From assembly GCA_963843575.1 (NCBI GenBank), contig CAWJKZ010000013.1, forward strand, positions 128,001 to 192,000: a DNA stretch of 64,000 nt. Reading direction: 5' to 3'. Position 1 is the stretch's first letter. The number at the start of each line of letters is the position of its first letter. The DNA is from an uncultured Acidobacteriota bacterium. Its GTDB lineage: Bacteria > Acidobacteriota > UBA6911. The position numbers and the translations under genes are program-made. The notes beneath the pieces are model-generated. The model did no database searches, was not told the origin of the DNA, and saw only the letters and a list, made by a program, of their open reading frames with translations. Below are positions 29,256 through 39,801 of this stretch, one piece after another.

Positions 29256-30467
29256 ATGATTTCCCCACCGCATGTGTGCATTGTCACGACGGCGCACCCG
29301 CTGGACGACGTCCGCGTTCACCACAAGGTCGGGCAGTCGCTCAAAGAAGCCGGATTCAGGGTCACGTGGGTGGGGCCGGATTACGCCTTCTTCGATCAGG
29401 AGTGCCGGGCAAGGAACCATTATCAGTACCGGCTGTTCAAGCGCCGGCGAGGGATCCCGGGCAGGATCGCGGCCTGCCGGACGGTGTCGGCGCTTGCCGC
29501 CCGGGTTCCCGACGTGGACGCGTACTACGCCCCGGACCCAGATTCTGCCGCAGTCGCGGTGCGGGTCGCCCGGCGCATCGGCGCGCGGGTCATCTTCGAT
29601 GTCCACGAGATGTACCACGAGGCGATGCTTCAGCGCTGGGTCGGCGAGAAACTCGGCCGGCTGCTCGGGCGGGCGGTCGTGGCGCAGATATCCCGGACGT
29701 GTTCCCGGTCGGACCTTGTCATGGGGGTCAGCGCCTCGGTCGTGGAACCGTATTCCCGGACGCAGACGGAAAAGATGGTGGTGCGGAGCTTCGCCCCTTC
29801 GTGGTTCGCCCGGGATCGGGCGGCCGATGTGTGCGGACCCGCCCGCGCGCGGTTCACCCTGATGCACGGGAAGAGCAACCTCCAACGCGGGACCGGGCTG
29901 GTGCTCGAAGCGGCCCGCCTGGCCAGGCGAGAGGTGCCCAACCTCCGTTTCGTCATGCTCTCCAACTTCATCGAGGCGGAGAATTTCACTGGCGAGGATT
30001 TTGCCGCCCGGGTCGCGGAGTTCGAGTTACGGGACGAGATCGACCTGCAGCCGGGCGTGCCGATGGAGGCGATGCCGGCGATTCTGAGGCAGTGTGACGT
30101 CGGCCTCATTGCGTACGGACGCTCGCTGGGGGAGGACAGCCTGCCGAACAGGCTCTTCGAGTACATGGCGGCCGGGCTGGCCATTATGGCCCCGACCTAT
30201 GCCCGCGAGATCGCCCGGATCGTCGAATCGGAAGGGTGCGGCCTGCTGGTCGATTTCGAAAAGCCCGAGACGGTTGCCGCCGGCATCGTCTACCTGCGCA
30301 ACCGGCCCGAGGAGTGCAGGGCCATGGGGAGGCGGGCCAGGGAGGCCTTCCTGAAGCGGTACAACTGGCAGGTTGAGATCCAGCCGGTTCTCGAACGAAT
30401 CCGTCGATGGCACCGCCAGGGCCCCCGGGGGGGGACGCATCGTGGCGAAGCGGAGTCGAAATGCTGA
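29256..30467 (+). CDS. Glycosyltransferase family 4
   Basis: TAHPLDDVRV, FDVHE and PNRLFEYMAAG motifs. Confidence 0.87.
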   Translation: MISPPHVCIVTTAHPLDDVRVHHKVGQSLKEAGFRVTWVGPDYAFFDQECRARNHYQYRLFKRRRGIPGRIAACRTVSALAARVPDVDAYYAPDPDSAAVAVRVARRIGARVIFDVHEMYHEAMLQRWVGEKLGRLLGRAVVAQISRTCSRSDLVMGVSASVVEPYSRTQTEKMVVRSFAPSWFARDRAADVCGPARARFTLMHGKSNLQRGTGLVLEAARLARREVPNLRFVMLSNFIEAENFTGEDFAARVAEFELRDEIDLQPGVPMEAMPAILRQCDVGLIAYGRSLGEDSLPNRLFEYMAAGLAIMAPTYAREIARIVESEGCGLLVDFEKPETVAAGIVYLRNRPEECRAMGRRAREAFLKRYNWQVEIQPVLERIRRWHRQGPRGGTHRGEAESKC

Positions 30468-31033
30468 GGCGCCTGCTCAATCATTGTCGCAACTGGCTCA
30501 TGTTCGGCTTAAGGTACCGCTGGGTGAAGCACGGTCGCAACACCCACTGCCAGGCCAGCACCCGGTTCTGGTCGCCTCACAAGCACATCGTCCTCGGGAA
30601 CGACGTCGGTATCGGCTACCGCTGCCTTTTTCAGAGCGACACCGAGATCGGGAACCAGGTATTGATCGCCTCCGACGTCGCCTTCGTGAATTCGGACGAC
30701 CACGTCTATCGCACGGTGGGGCGCCGCATGTGGGACTCGGGACGCGGGGACAAGTATATGATCGTGGTCGAGGACGACGTCTGGATCGGTCACGGGGCCA
30801 TCCTGCTCTCGCCGGCGCGCGTCGGGCGCGGCGCGATCGTCGCCGCCGGGGCGGTCGTGACCCGTGACGTCCCGAGGTACGGAATCGTGGGGGGCAATCC
30901 CGCCAGGCTCATCAAGATGCGTTTCACCGAGGACGAGATCGCCGAACACGAGCGGATCCTGGGAATCGGTGAACAGGGAGGAGCCTCCGGGCCCGCGCGC
31001 TCGGTGTCGGGCCGCGAGGGGGACGAGCAGTGA
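30461..31033 (+). CDS. Hexapeptide-repeat O-acyltransferase
   Basis: VEDDVWIGHGAILL..VGRGAIVAAGAVVTRDVP..IVGGNPAR left-handed beta-helix signature. Confidence 0.9.
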   Translation: MLRRLLNHCRNWLMFGLRYRWVKHGRNTHCQASTRFWSPHKHIVLGNDVGIGYRCLFQSDTEIGNQVLIASDVAFVNSDDHVYRTVGRRMWDSGRGDKYMIVVEDDVWIGHGAILLSPARVGRGAIVAAGAVVTRDVPRYGIVGGNPARLIKMRFTEDEIAEHERILGIGEQGGASGPARSVSGREGDEQ

Positions 31034-32349
31034 CCATGGACATCCCGCAGCACTCCGCACCGGCGCTTCCCCTGCACGAGGGTGCGGCCGGACCACCGGT
31101 GCGAGTCGCCTTCCTCACCCTGGTTTTCTCTCCCGACGGGGTTTCGACATCAACGCTGGTCACCGCGCTGGCCGTCGGGCTGAAATCGAGGGGACACGAC
31201 GTAAGGGTGCTGACGAGCACTCCCCATTACAATTTCGAGCCGGAGACGAGGGCGGAGCAGCCCCTGCGGTCGAAGTGGGGCAGACTCCTCTTCCAAAGCG
31301 ATTGCCAGGGCATCCCGGTCCTGCACGCGTCAATACCCGCCAAGGCTTCCCGCGTGGGGTCCCGGATCTTCGACTATGTCAGGTTCCACGCGATCACCAC
31401 GATTGCCGGCCTCACGGTGCTCGGTCGCCCGGACGTGATCTTTGCCCCCTCGCCCCCCCTGACCATCGGGCTTGGGGCCTGGCTGCTAGCCCTGCGCTGG
31501 CGCGTCCCGTTCATTTATAACGTCCAGGAGATATACCCCGACGTGGCCGTGAGCCTCGGGGTGTTGCGCGGCCGCACCGTTATCCGCTTGCTCGAGGTGC
31601 TCGAGAAGTTCATCTACGCGCGCGCCGCTTCTGTGGTGACGATAAGCGAGAGGTTCCTCCGCAAGCTGATCGACAAGGGCGTAGCGCCCTCGAAACTCCT
31701 CGTGATCCCGAACTTCGTCGACACGGAGGGACTCCAGCCGGGCGACCGCAGGAACGATTTCTCGGCGCGCCACCAACTGGACGGCAGGTTCGTGGTGCTG
31801 TACGCTGGAAATATCGGACTCACCCAGGGATTCGAGACCGTTCTGGCGGCCGCAAGGCAGCTCGAACCGTTCGAAGACATCGTCTTTGTCATCGTCGGGG
31901 ACGGGGCCCGCCGCTCCTGGCTGGAAAACGAGCTGGCGCGAGCCTTGCAACGGAACGTCCTGTTGCTGCCCTACCAGGCGAAATCCGTCGTGGCCCTGAT
32001 GTATGCGTCCTCCAACGTGTGCCTCGTGCCGCTGAAGAGGGGCACGGCGCAGGACACGTTCCCCTCCAAGATTTACACGGCCATGGCCGCCGGCCGGGCC
32101 GTGGTCGCCGCTGCCGACGCGGAATCCGAAACGACGCACCTTGTCCAATCGGCCGGTTGCGGATGGGCCGTGCCTCCCGACGACCCTGAGGCGCTCGCGG
32201 CCGTCCTCCGGGATGCCCGGCTGCGCCCTGCGGAGGCGGACGCCAGAGGCCGGTGTGGACGGGAATACGTTGCCGCCCACAATTCCCGGAACGCCGTTCT
32301 CGAGCAGTACGACCGGCTCGTGCGGCGCCTGGCCTCCGGTGAAAGATAG
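31030..32349 (+). CDS. Glycosyltransferase family 4 (WbuB/WcaI-like)
   Basis: PHYN, SPPL, QEIYPD, YAGNIGLTQG and PSKIYTAMAAG motifs. Confidence 0.87.
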   Translation: MTMDIPQHSAPALPLHEGAAGPPVRVAFLTLVFSPDGVSTSTLVTALAVGLKSRGHDVRVLTSTPHYNFEPETRAEQPLRSKWGRLLFQSDCQGIPVLHASIPAKASRVGSRIFDYVRFHAITTIAGLTVLGRPDVIFAPSPPLTIGLGAWLLALRWRVPFIYNVQEIYPDVAVSLGVLRGRTVIRLLEVLEKFIYARAASVVTISERFLRKLIDKGVAPSKLLVIPNFVDTEGLQPGDRRNDFSARHQLDGRFVVLYAGNIGLTQGFETVLAAARQLEPFEDIVFVIVGDGARRSWLENELARALQRNVLLLPYQAKSVVALMYASSNVCLVPLKRGTAQDTFPSKIYTAMAAGRAVVAAADAESETTHLVQSAGCGWAVPPDDPEALAAVLRDARLRPAEADARGRCGREYVAAHNSRNAVLEQYDRLVRRLASGER

Positions 32350-32443
32350 CCCCGGATTGCCGCCAGTCGCCGGTTCGCTATGAAATACCGCCCCGCGGCC
32401 TTACACTGGGGGCGAGCGTTAACGAGAATCGCATGGTGACCCA

Positions 32444-33904
32444 ATGAAAGACGAATTCGATCACGCAGGCGCAGGCGCCGAGGCGGACGTCGACTCGCAA
32501 GGCCCCGGTTTGGCGGATGCGGTCCGCTTCCTTTATCGAAAGCGCATCAAACTCGGTGTCTGGTTCATCCTGTTCTTCGCGGGCGGCTCCGTGCTGGCGA
32601 TCCGCAGCTACCTGGCTTCGCCGAGACTGGTACAGGGGACCTTGGGCCTGAATTTTCGCGGTATCGAAAAACACGAGTACCCGAGCGGCAAGAAATTCAG
32701 CGTCGAAGATCTGCGAGGACCCGATGTGCTGGTTCGAGCCCTGGGGGACGCCGGGTTTTCGGAGGAAGGGATCGACGTCAGGCAATTCGCCGCCCACGTG
32801 TACGTGACCCCCCTCGTCCCGTCGGAGATCCTGTCGCGGTGGAAAAAACAGGAGCGAGACGGCGTCCGCCGCGAAGAGTATTTCCCGAACGAGTTCCAGC
32901 TGGCGCTCGACGTCGGTAAGGCCACCGATCACCAGCGTATCCGACTGTTCGACGCGCTCGTCGAACGCTACCGCGAGCGCATCAAGTTCGACGTCAACCA
33001 GAAGCCCTCGCTCGGGTTTGTCGCGCTCTGGAACACTTCCTACGAGAAGCTTGCCGAAAAGTACGATTTCTGGGATATTCCCGCCCTTTTCGACGGCACG
33101 TCCCAGGCGCTCGCAACCCAGATCGAGAGCCTCATCGAGGAGTCCCTCGAATTCCACGAGTCGAAATACCAGCTCGCGTTCAGGGATATCGCCCGGGATC
33201 TCGGCACGTGGCAAACCACGCGACTTGAGGCGCTGCAGGCCCTGACCTATCAGGGACGGCTGGTGAAGAACCGCGATCTGCTGGAACGCCGCCTGCAATA
33301 CCAAGTCCATGACCTGGACATCAGGATCCGTCAGAAGTCCGAGGAGGCCAACGAAAACATCCGTCTCATCGGGGTGGTTGACCGTCCGAAGACCCTGCTC
33401 GCGGACCAGCTCGGCAACCGCAACAAGGAAGGCATGCCGGTCCTGGACGTGACCGTGCTCGAACGGCTTCTCAAGAGCGACTACGTGGGCCCCGTGGTGG
33501 AGCGGATCATCAAGCTGCAAACCGAGATGCAGGCGATGAAGGCGACGAAGGAACGGCTCGAGCAGCAGCTGACCTGGCTTCCCAAATCGAGCAACATCAC
33601 CCTGGCGCAGCTCCCGGCCGGGCACAAGGAACTGATCCAGTCCCTGACCTCGGAACTCGACGGGATCATCAAAGGCTACAACAAGGTCCTGGACCAGTAT
33701 GTGACCAGCACCATCACCGGCCTGGTCGTCGTCCAACAGGCGCCTACGATCTCGCGCCTGGGCTATCCAATGATCTACATGCTGCTGGGGGTCGCCGGGG
33801 TGAGCGTCTTAGCTTCCGTCTGTGCCCTGGGTCTCGAACACCTCTTCCAGAGCGCCCTACAAGGCGAAGGGCGGGCCAGGAACGTACCGGGACAGAAGTT
33901 CTGA
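32444..33904 (+). CDS. Wzz-like chain-length/co-polymerase membrane protein
   Basis: One TM near each terminus flanking a long coiled-coil region; last gene of the Wzx/Wzy operon. Confidence 0.55.
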   Translation: MKDEFDHAGAGAEADVDSQGPGLADAVRFLYRKRIKLGVWFILFFAGGSVLAIRSYLASPRLVQGTLGLNFRGIEKHEYPSGKKFSVEDLRGPDVLVRALGDAGFSEEGIDVRQFAAHVYVTPLVPSEILSRWKKQERDGVRREEYFPNEFQLALDVGKATDHQRIRLFDALVERYRERIKFDVNQKPSLGFVALWNTSYEKLAEKYDFWDIPALFDGTSQALATQIESLIEESLEFHESKYQLAFRDIARDLGTWQTTRLEALQALTYQGRLVKNRDLLERRLQYQVHDLDIRIRQKSEEANENIRLIGVVDRPKTLLADQLGNRNKEGMPVLDVTVLERLLKSDYVGPVVERIIKLQTEMQAMKATKERLEQQLTWLPKSSNITLAQLPAGHKELIQSLTSELDGIIKGYNKVLDQYVTSTITGLVVVQQAPTISRLGYPMIYMLLGVAGVSVLASVCALGLEHLFQSALQGEGRARNVPGQKF

Positions 33905-33945
33905 CCGCAGGGCGTCACCACGAGCAGGGGTGGGTGCCCAGGGCA

Positions 33946-34950
33946 CTACAATTCGCCCCTGCTTCTCATCTCCGAGATGGCTTCGTTCCAACCGGCGCGC
34001 AGGTCGTAGGCGCTGGTGAAACCGAGCTCCCTGCGGATCCGTTCACTGACCACGGGGGCGTTCTCCGCGTACTTGTCGATGGCTGCCTGGGTTACGGGAG
34101 GGCGGAACCCGAGCAGGGCGCCGCCGGCCTCGAGCAGGCCCGCCGCGAGGCGCGCTCCCGCCAGCGGGACCGCGAAACGAGGGGGTGTCCGTCCCAACGC
34201 CCGGCACATGGCGTCGATGATCTGCGCCAGCGCGTGCGTCCTGCCGTCCGAGACGTTGAACACCTTGCCCGGGGCGTCCGAGTGCTCCGCCGCCAGCACC
34301 GCCGCCGCCGCCGCGTCGCGGTCATAGACCAGGCTGCGGACGTTCTCCCCCTTGCCCAGCGGCACGAAACGGTGCCGCGCCAGCGCCTCGGCGAGGCTGC
34401 GGTAATTGCCTTTCATACGTGAGCCGTAGACCGCGGCCAGCCGCAACACCACCCCCAGGGGTTGCCCGTCCGCCCTCCTGGCCTGCAGCACGATCCGTTC
34501 GGCGGCGTGCTTGGTCCTGGCGTAGGCCGTGTCGGGATTGGGCGGCGATTCCTCGGAGGCGGCCTCCCGCAGTCGCGAGCCGTACACAGTTATCGTGCTG
34601 GTGAACACGAACCGGGCGACGCCGGCGCGGAGCGCCTCCTGGACCATGACCTCGGTCCCGGTGGTGTTGACCCGCTCGTACTCGGGCGACTGCTGCTGGT
34701 CCGCGTCGGTGATGTGAAGCCGTGCGGCCAGGTGGAAGACAAGCCTGACTCCGGCCGAGACGGATCGTGCCAGGTCGGGGTCGGTGATATCGCCCACGTG
34801 CGCATCCACGTCCGCGGGAAACAGCCCCGGCGAGGGGCGATCCAGGCAGAGGACGCGAACGCGATACCCGCGCCCGAGCAGGGCGTGAACCAACCGCGGG
34901 CCCACAGCACCCGTCGCACCGGTCACCAGGGCGACCGGATCAGCAGCCAT
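33946..34950 (-). CDS. NAD-dependent epimerase/reductase (WbpV/WbpK-like)
   Basis: TGATGAVG, HLAARLH, YARTK and VYG..MKGN motifs. Confidence 0.82.
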   Translation of the reverse strand: MAADPVALVTGATGAVGPRLVHALLGRGYRVRVLCLDRPSPGLFPADVDAHVGDITDPDLARSVSAGVRLVFHLAARLHITDADQQQSPEYERVNTTGTEVMVQEALRAGVARFVFTSTITVYGSRLREAASEESPPNPDTAYARTKHAAERIVLQARRADGQPLGVVLRLAAVYGSRMKGNYRSLAEALARHRFVPLGKGENVRSLVYDRDAAAAAVLAAEHSDAPGKVFNVSDGRTHALAQIIDAMCRALGRTPPRFAVPLAGARLAAGLLEAGGALLGFRPPVTQAAIDKYAENAPVVSERIRRELGFTSAYDLRAGWNEAISEMRSRGEL

Positions 34951-34966
34951 CGAGTCCGTCCAATCT

Positions 34967-35070
34967 GGAGTGCGGCGCCTGGGCGCCGCTTTCCGAGCAC
35001 CGACAATCAACAACTTGCCACGGAAGGCACTGAAGGACTTGTCGGGATCCGATTCCGCGTTCTTCCGCGT
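34967..35070. repeat. REP-like palindrome plus family-B (CCACGGAA) element
   Basis: ggagtgcggcgcctgggcgccgcttt followed by caacaacttgccacggaaggcactgaa, which matches 41720-41746. Confidence 0.65.
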
Positions 35071-35141
35071 CCCTGCTTTTCCCCCGTTCCTCGCATCGAG
35101 AGGCGTGTATGGCGTTTAAGGCGAACCGCCGCACTTCCTGC

Positions 35142-38100
35142 TCAGAGCACTGTCACCGACAGGCCCCGATTATCGATGTCGAGGTCGAAAAACCGGGCCA
35201 GCGCGTTGGGGGGATGCACCGCGAGGTGGCGGCGAACGCGTCCCGCTGCCTCCTCGTCGCGCGCCACCATCAGGAGGAAACCGCCGCCACCGGCTCCCGG
35301 CAGCAGCCGGCCCGTCAGATACCGGTTCAACGGCCTGATCAGCGCCTCGATCCTGGCATTGGTGGAGCCGGGGTCGATCTGTTTCTTGAGTTCCCAGTAT
35401 CTGTCGATGCCACGGCCGAACCCGTCGGCGTCGCCCGAGCCTAGTTCGCTCTCCATGCGTTCGGCGGCACCCTTTAACTGGTGAATGATCTGGATGGTCT
35501 CGGCGTCGCGCGCCAGATATCGTGCGACCACGTTCTGCAGGATGTTCCTGGCCATGCGGGTGTATCCGGTGTAGTAGAGGAGCATCCGGGAACGGAACGA
35601 GCCGCCGGGCGAGAAATCGAACGCGATGCGGTGGATGCTGGGAGTCTGGTCCACTGCGGCCCTGGTGCGTATGAGTTTCACTCCCGGTTCAATGCCGCCG
35701 ATCTGGTCCTGCCATCCTCCCCCCGTGGTCATCATCTGTTCCAGGATGCTGGTCCGGGCGATCAGCGTCTCCCTCGGCAGGGATTCGCCGAGCACCCGCG
35801 CCATGCAGGCGAGCACGGCCGCACCCAGGATTGAGCTGGTACCCAGGCCCGAGCCCTTCGGCAGGGCGGAGAAAAGCGTGATGTCCAGGCCTCCCCCGAG
35901 GCGGTGCAGCCACCTCCGGAGGGGCACCCGGGGATCCCGTGGGCAGATCCCGGCGAGGATCAGCGCCGCCTTCGGGAGAGCGGCCCAGTGGCGCGGATCG
36001 ACGCACTCTTCAGGCGAGGGGGTGGTCAGGATGTCCACCCTTTCTGCCAGATCCAGGCTCGTCAGGGTGATGCGCGGCTTCTCCTGCAGCTTGGCGATGA
36101 CCTGGACCGGGTACTGGCCATTGAGGGTCACCGCCGCGTTCAGCACCGTCCCGCCCATTTCGGTACAGATCGGGGGCGTGTCCGACCATCCTCCCGAAAA
36201 GTCGGTTCGCACAGGACAGGTGACCCACACGACCTGGTCCGGCAGCACCTTGGCCGGGCGGGGCTCATCAGGGATCTGGACATTTCGGGACACGGCCTGT
36301 GCGACGAGCGCGAAGGCGTTCTTCTCCATGGAGCCGCGGCGCATCCCGTGCTGTGACGGGAGCCCCCGGCGGTGCCGGCGCGCGACGAGATGCGCGAACT
36401 CGTAGAGGTGGGCCCGGAGCAGTGAATCTTCGCTGCGGTCGAGCAGCCTGGCGATCTGCGCCTGGACCAGCCCGGCTTCGCGGCCGTCCTTGATCATGCC
36501 TAGCAGCCTGGAAGCCGGGAACCGGGGACCGCCTTCAAACCGGCGCTCCAGAGTGAACAGTTCGGCCACGCGCCGATTCTCCTCCCGCTGATTGCGCATG
36601 CGGTCGTGATCAACCCTTCCCAGCACTTCGTCCATGCAGAGCCGCGGCCGCTTCGCCCAGCGCGCGACCCGGTCCTTTCGCGGCGGGCCGCACATCCAGA
36701 GCGTCGCCTCGAGGACGCCGTCGATCTCCCCGACGCTCCACAACCTCGCGTTCCACAGGGTGCGCCGCGCCGGATCGATGCCTGGCCAGAGGCTGGACTC
36801 CGAGAGTCCCGTGGACCCCAGGAATTCGAGGAGGGGGCGATTGCCGAACGTCCCGCCCTCGCCCGCCGGAGTCTTGAAGTCGTCCGCTATGCCGAAGAGG
36901 ACGACAGCCCAGGAGTCTTGCGGGGCCGGCCGCTTCCTTCCCGCGCGGGTCCTCCGAGCAGTCGCCGCCCGGACCGGCAGGCACACTGCCCCCCATCCTT
37001 CCGGCAGCCTCAAGGCGGTACTGGCCTCGTGCGGCCACCCCACCACCACGTTCGAGCGAGGCAGGTCCACGGCCTGCTCCGTACGCACCGATTCGAGGAG
37101 CACGCCGGGGCCCGCGTTGATCTGCGCTGATTCCAGCACGCTGTTGTAGACGAACGCCCCCTCCACCGAAGCCCGCGCCGCGACGTACGACTGGTCGAAG
37201 TTCGCGAAGCCGTGGGCCCTGGCGGTCCGGTTGAGGGTCCCGACGTTCGAGAGGAGCTCTCGGGTCGTCCCGACGTGGAAGAAATCGCAGAAAGGCAGGA
37301 TGTTTACCTGGAACGGCTGCCGGTGCAACGACCGGTGCAGCGCCACGAGGCGGGTGCGATTCCACCGGGCTCCGCTTCGCGTGCGGGCCAGCGCTGCCCG
37401 CACGTAGGCTTCTTCGTCGAGCGCGGGGACGAAGGCCATCAACCACTGTTCGTAAAGATCCAGCGGGGGACCGACGCCGCGCAGCAAGTCGTCGAGGAGG
37501 CCGCGGGCTATCGACAGCCGGCCGCCCGCCAGCCGCGCGCCCGCAGCCTTGAGCCAGAGCGCCACGCTTTCCGGGTCGAGGCTCAACAACCCGGTGTCGA
37601 CCAGCACTCGCCCGGCTTCGTCGACAGCTCCCCGGGCCAGCGCCGTGGCCTCGTCGGGCTTCTGGAGGAAATCCAGCACACGACCACCCCGGTCGGCCAC
37701 GTAGACTCCGTGCCTGCTGCCGCGTTCGATCGTGCCGGGGTAGGCTACTCCGGTCACGCCCGGCCTGTCGAAACGGACCGCTTCGGGGGCGAATGTCAGC
37801 AGCACGTCCCCCGCCGCAATCAGGACCTGCCCCTGCGCCGGGGCGCTCAGGGAGGCGAGGCCGGAGACGATCAGATCGAAGAGTGCGGCGGGAGCGCCGT
37901 CGGCGGTGGTGCAGGGAAGGGGGAGAAACACCTTGCCCTGGGCGGCATAGCTGCACAGCCGGCGGCTGTCGCCGCCGGAGTGGATGATGAGGATGCGCTG
38001 CTTTTCGAAGAGGCTGCGAATGGAAGGGGCGTCCGGCCGGCGGCGTAACAGGTTCCGGGCGAGGCACAGGAGAACCCAGAGGGTCGACCCGCCGGACCCG

Positions 38101-38249
38101 GCGCGGCGGCCGCGAGGGTCCGGAATGACGAGCACGCGCGCAGGAACGGGGAACGGGTGGCGGCCTCGCCTGGCCTGGATCTGCGCTCGGTATGCGCGCG
38201 CCTGCGCCCGATTGGATGCGGTGACCACCAGCCAGTCGACGTCCGGCAT
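35142..38249 (-). CDS. fkp: Bifunctional L-fucokinase / fucose-1-phosphate guanylyltransferase (Fkp-like)
   Basis: N-terminal GSGGST and HSGGDSRR; C-terminal GHMP kinase motifs DFSGGWSDTPP, PKGSGLGTSS, GGGWQDQ and GAGGGGF. Start at ATG 38249. Confidence 0.85.
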   Translation of the reverse strand: MPDVDWLVVTASNRAQARAYRAQIQARRGRHPFPVPARVLVIPDPRGRRAGSGGSTLWVLLCLARNLLRRRPDAPSIRSLFEKQRILIIHSGGDSRRLCSYAAQGKVFLPLPCTTADGAPAALFDLIVSGLASLSAPAQGQVLIAAGDVLLTFAPEAVRFDRPGVTGVAYPGTIERGSRHGVYVADRGGRVLDFLQKPDEATALARGAVDEAGRVLVDTGLLSLDPESVALWLKAAGARLAGGRLSIARGLLDDLLRGVGPPLDLYEQWLMAFVPALDEEAYVRAALARTRSGARWNRTRLVALHRSLHRQPFQVNILPFCDFFHVGTTRELLSNVGTLNRTARAHGFANFDQSYVAARASVEGAFVYNSVLESAQINAGPGVLLESVRTEQAVDLPRSNVVVGWPHEASTALRLPEGWGAVCLPVRAATARRTRAGRKRPAPQDSWAVVLFGIADDFKTPAGEGGTFGNRPLLEFLGSTGLSESSLWPGIDPARRTLWNARLWSVGEIDGVLEATLWMCGPPRKDRVARWAKRPRLCMDEVLGRVDHDRMRNQREENRRVAELFTLERRFEGGPRFPASRLLGMIKDGREAGLVQAQIARLLDRSEDSLLRAHLYEFAHLVARRHRRGLPSQHGMRRGSMEKNAFALVAQAVSRNVQIPDEPRPAKVLPDQVVWVTCPVRTDFSGGWSDTPPICTEMGGTVLNAAVTLNGQYPVQVIAKLQEKPRITLTSLDLAERVDILTTPSPEECVDPRHWAALPKAALILAGICPRDPRVPLRRWLHRLGGGLDITLFSALPKGSGLGTSSILGAAVLACMARVLGESLPRETLIARTSILEQMMTTGGGWQDQIGGIEPGVKLIRTRAAVDQTPSIHRIAFDFSPGGSFRSRMLLYYTGYTRMARNILQNVVARYLARDAETIQIIHQLKGAAERMESELGSGDADGFGRGIDRYWELKKQIDPGSTNARIEALIRPLNRYLTGRLLPGAGGGGFLLMVARDEEAAGRVRRHLAVHPPNALARFFDLDIDNRGLSVTVL

Positions 38250-38260
38250 GCGGGCTCCGG

Positions 38261-38821
38261 CTACCAGAGTTTGTAGAACTCCCGCTCGGACAGAACCCCA
38301 TTCCGATCGCGGTCCAGGCGCTTGAACGCGTCGTCGGTGTCCTGCCACTCGCTGCGCGTGATGAGGCGGTCCCTGTTGACGTCCATGTTGGCGAACACCT
38401 CGTTCCACGATCGGGCGTTGGGCGAGCGGTACTCTTCCCGGGTGATCAGGCCGTCCCGGTCGGCGTCGATGTGCGCGAAGGCGCGTTTCGTCCCCTTCCA
38501 CTCGATGGCGGAGATCGTCCCATCCTTGTCCGTGTCCAGTTTCGCGAAGCGTTCGTCGACGGCGGGGTCAACGGGGTACCCGCCGCGCTCCTGACCTTCT
38601 TTCCCGGCCGCCTCGTCGCGTGACAGCATGCCGTCCTTGTTTTCGTCGTTGTTCGCAAAATAGCGGTTCCATTCGTCGCGCGTGATGAAACCGTCGCGGT
38701 CGGCGTCGATGCGGCGGACCAGGTCGGTCGGGTTCAGGTCCGGATCGAGTCGCTGCTGGGCTAATCCGAATGATGCGGAAACGGCCAGGCCGATTCCGAC
38801 AAGCATGGCTCTGAACTTCAT
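38261..38821 (-). CDS. Exported EF-hand calcium-binding protein
   Basis: Signal peptide; six DxDxDG-type loops (DADRDG, DENKDG, DTDKDG, DADRDG, DVNRDR, DRDRNG); GGAGG RBS. Confidence 0.85.
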   Translation of the reverse strand: MKFRAMLVGIGLAVSASFGLAQQRLDPDLNPTDLVRRIDADRDGFITRDEWNRYFANNDENKDGMLSRDEAAGKEGQERGGYPVDPAVDERFAKLDTDKDGTISAIEWKGTKRAFAHIDADRDGLITREEYRSPNARSWNEVFANMDVNRDRLITRSEWQDTDDAFKRLDRDRNGVLSEREFYKLW

Positions 38822-38865
38822 GTTTCCTCCGAATGGTCGAATTCTACCGCAAAGTCGGGTTGATT

Positions 38866-38898
38866 GACGCGGGGATTTGCTGGGCAGATCCCCGCGTC
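38866..38898. repeat. Intergenic hairpin in divergent promoter region
   Basis: gacgcggggatttgc-tgg-gcagatccccgcgtc, a 15 bp stem with one G-U pair. Confidence 0.55.
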
Positions 38899-39114
38899 TG
38901 CCCCTATTTACTTCTGTCCACGCGGTCTTCGGCCGAAAAGTACAGAGTGGGCCGCGGCGGCTCGACGCGACCCGTGGATTTTGTCAGACCGCCCCCGCCG
39001 ACCCCAGAGGGGTAGCCGCGGCCGGTGGTTTTCACGGTCCTGTCATAGTCTGGGAGCACTGTCATTACGCGACGCCGCGACAAGGTAAGAAATCACTCCG
39101 GCTGCTTCGATGGA

Positions 39115-39801
39115 TTGGATCTGGCTGCGGCACTTCGGATCCTGCGCAACGCCGGCCGGCCGGACCCATGCGATTTGGGCGGCAGCTCGGCCGAGGTGCT
39201 GCAGGCCGTCATCGACAGCCTGTGCGATCTTTCGGTGCACGACGGCCTGACGGGGCTGATGAACGCGACCTTCTTCCATGCGGCCCTGATGAGGGAAGTC
39301 GATCGGAGCTCCCGGACCGGCCGGAACTGCGGGCTGCTGGTCCTCGACATAGACCATTTCAAGACGATCAACGACACCCACGGCCACGGGGCAGGGGACA
39401 CGATCCTGCAGCTCTTTGCTGCCCGCATGCGGGAACTCCTTCGAACCATGGACACCGCCGCCCGAATTGGCGGGGAGGAATTTGCGGTGATCCTTCCCGA
39501 GTGCACTCCCGAAGGGGCAGTGCGGGCGGCCACGCGAGTCCACTCCGCCCTGTGTCCGCTCAACCTCCGGATAGGCGCGACGGACGTTTCCATAACGGTG
39601 AGCGCCGGGCTTGTCTGGACCGACGTGCGGGCGGTGCTGGGTCCGGCCTCGCTGCTGGCGCTGGCCGACCAGGAGATGTACCGCGCGAAACGGTCCGGGC
39701 GCTGTCGCCTTTGCCATCCGCCGCTCGGGACGACGCAGGTCAGCCGCGAGGAGAGACTGCTGCTCGCATTCCCTCGCCGGGGAGGGCCCGATGCGGCCTG
39801 A
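39115..39801 (+). CDS. Diguanylate cyclase (GGDEF domain)
   Basis: DGLTGL, DIDHFKTINDTHGH and GGEEF motifs, with an RxxD I-site (RTMD) five residues upstream of GGEEF. Confidence 0.9.
   Translation: MDLAAALRILRNAGRPDPCDLGGSSAEVLQAVIDSLCDLSVHDGLTGLMNATFFHAALMREVDRSSRTGRNCGLLVLDIDHFKTINDTHGHGAGDTILQLFAARMRELLRTMDTAARIGGEEFAVILPECTPEGAVRAATRVHSALCPLNLRIGATDVSITVSAGLVWTDVRAVLGPASLLALADQEMYRAKRSGRCRLCHPPLGTTQVSREERLLLAFPRRGGPDAA

Noticed and set aside
38250-38501. N-terminal extension of Fkp in the ORF track (likewise extensions at 9495, 9520, 14996, 25776, 43871 and 54213)
   Set aside because: They overlap neighbouring genes or repeats and lack homologous character; downstream starts fit RBS or stop-start overlap patterns better.
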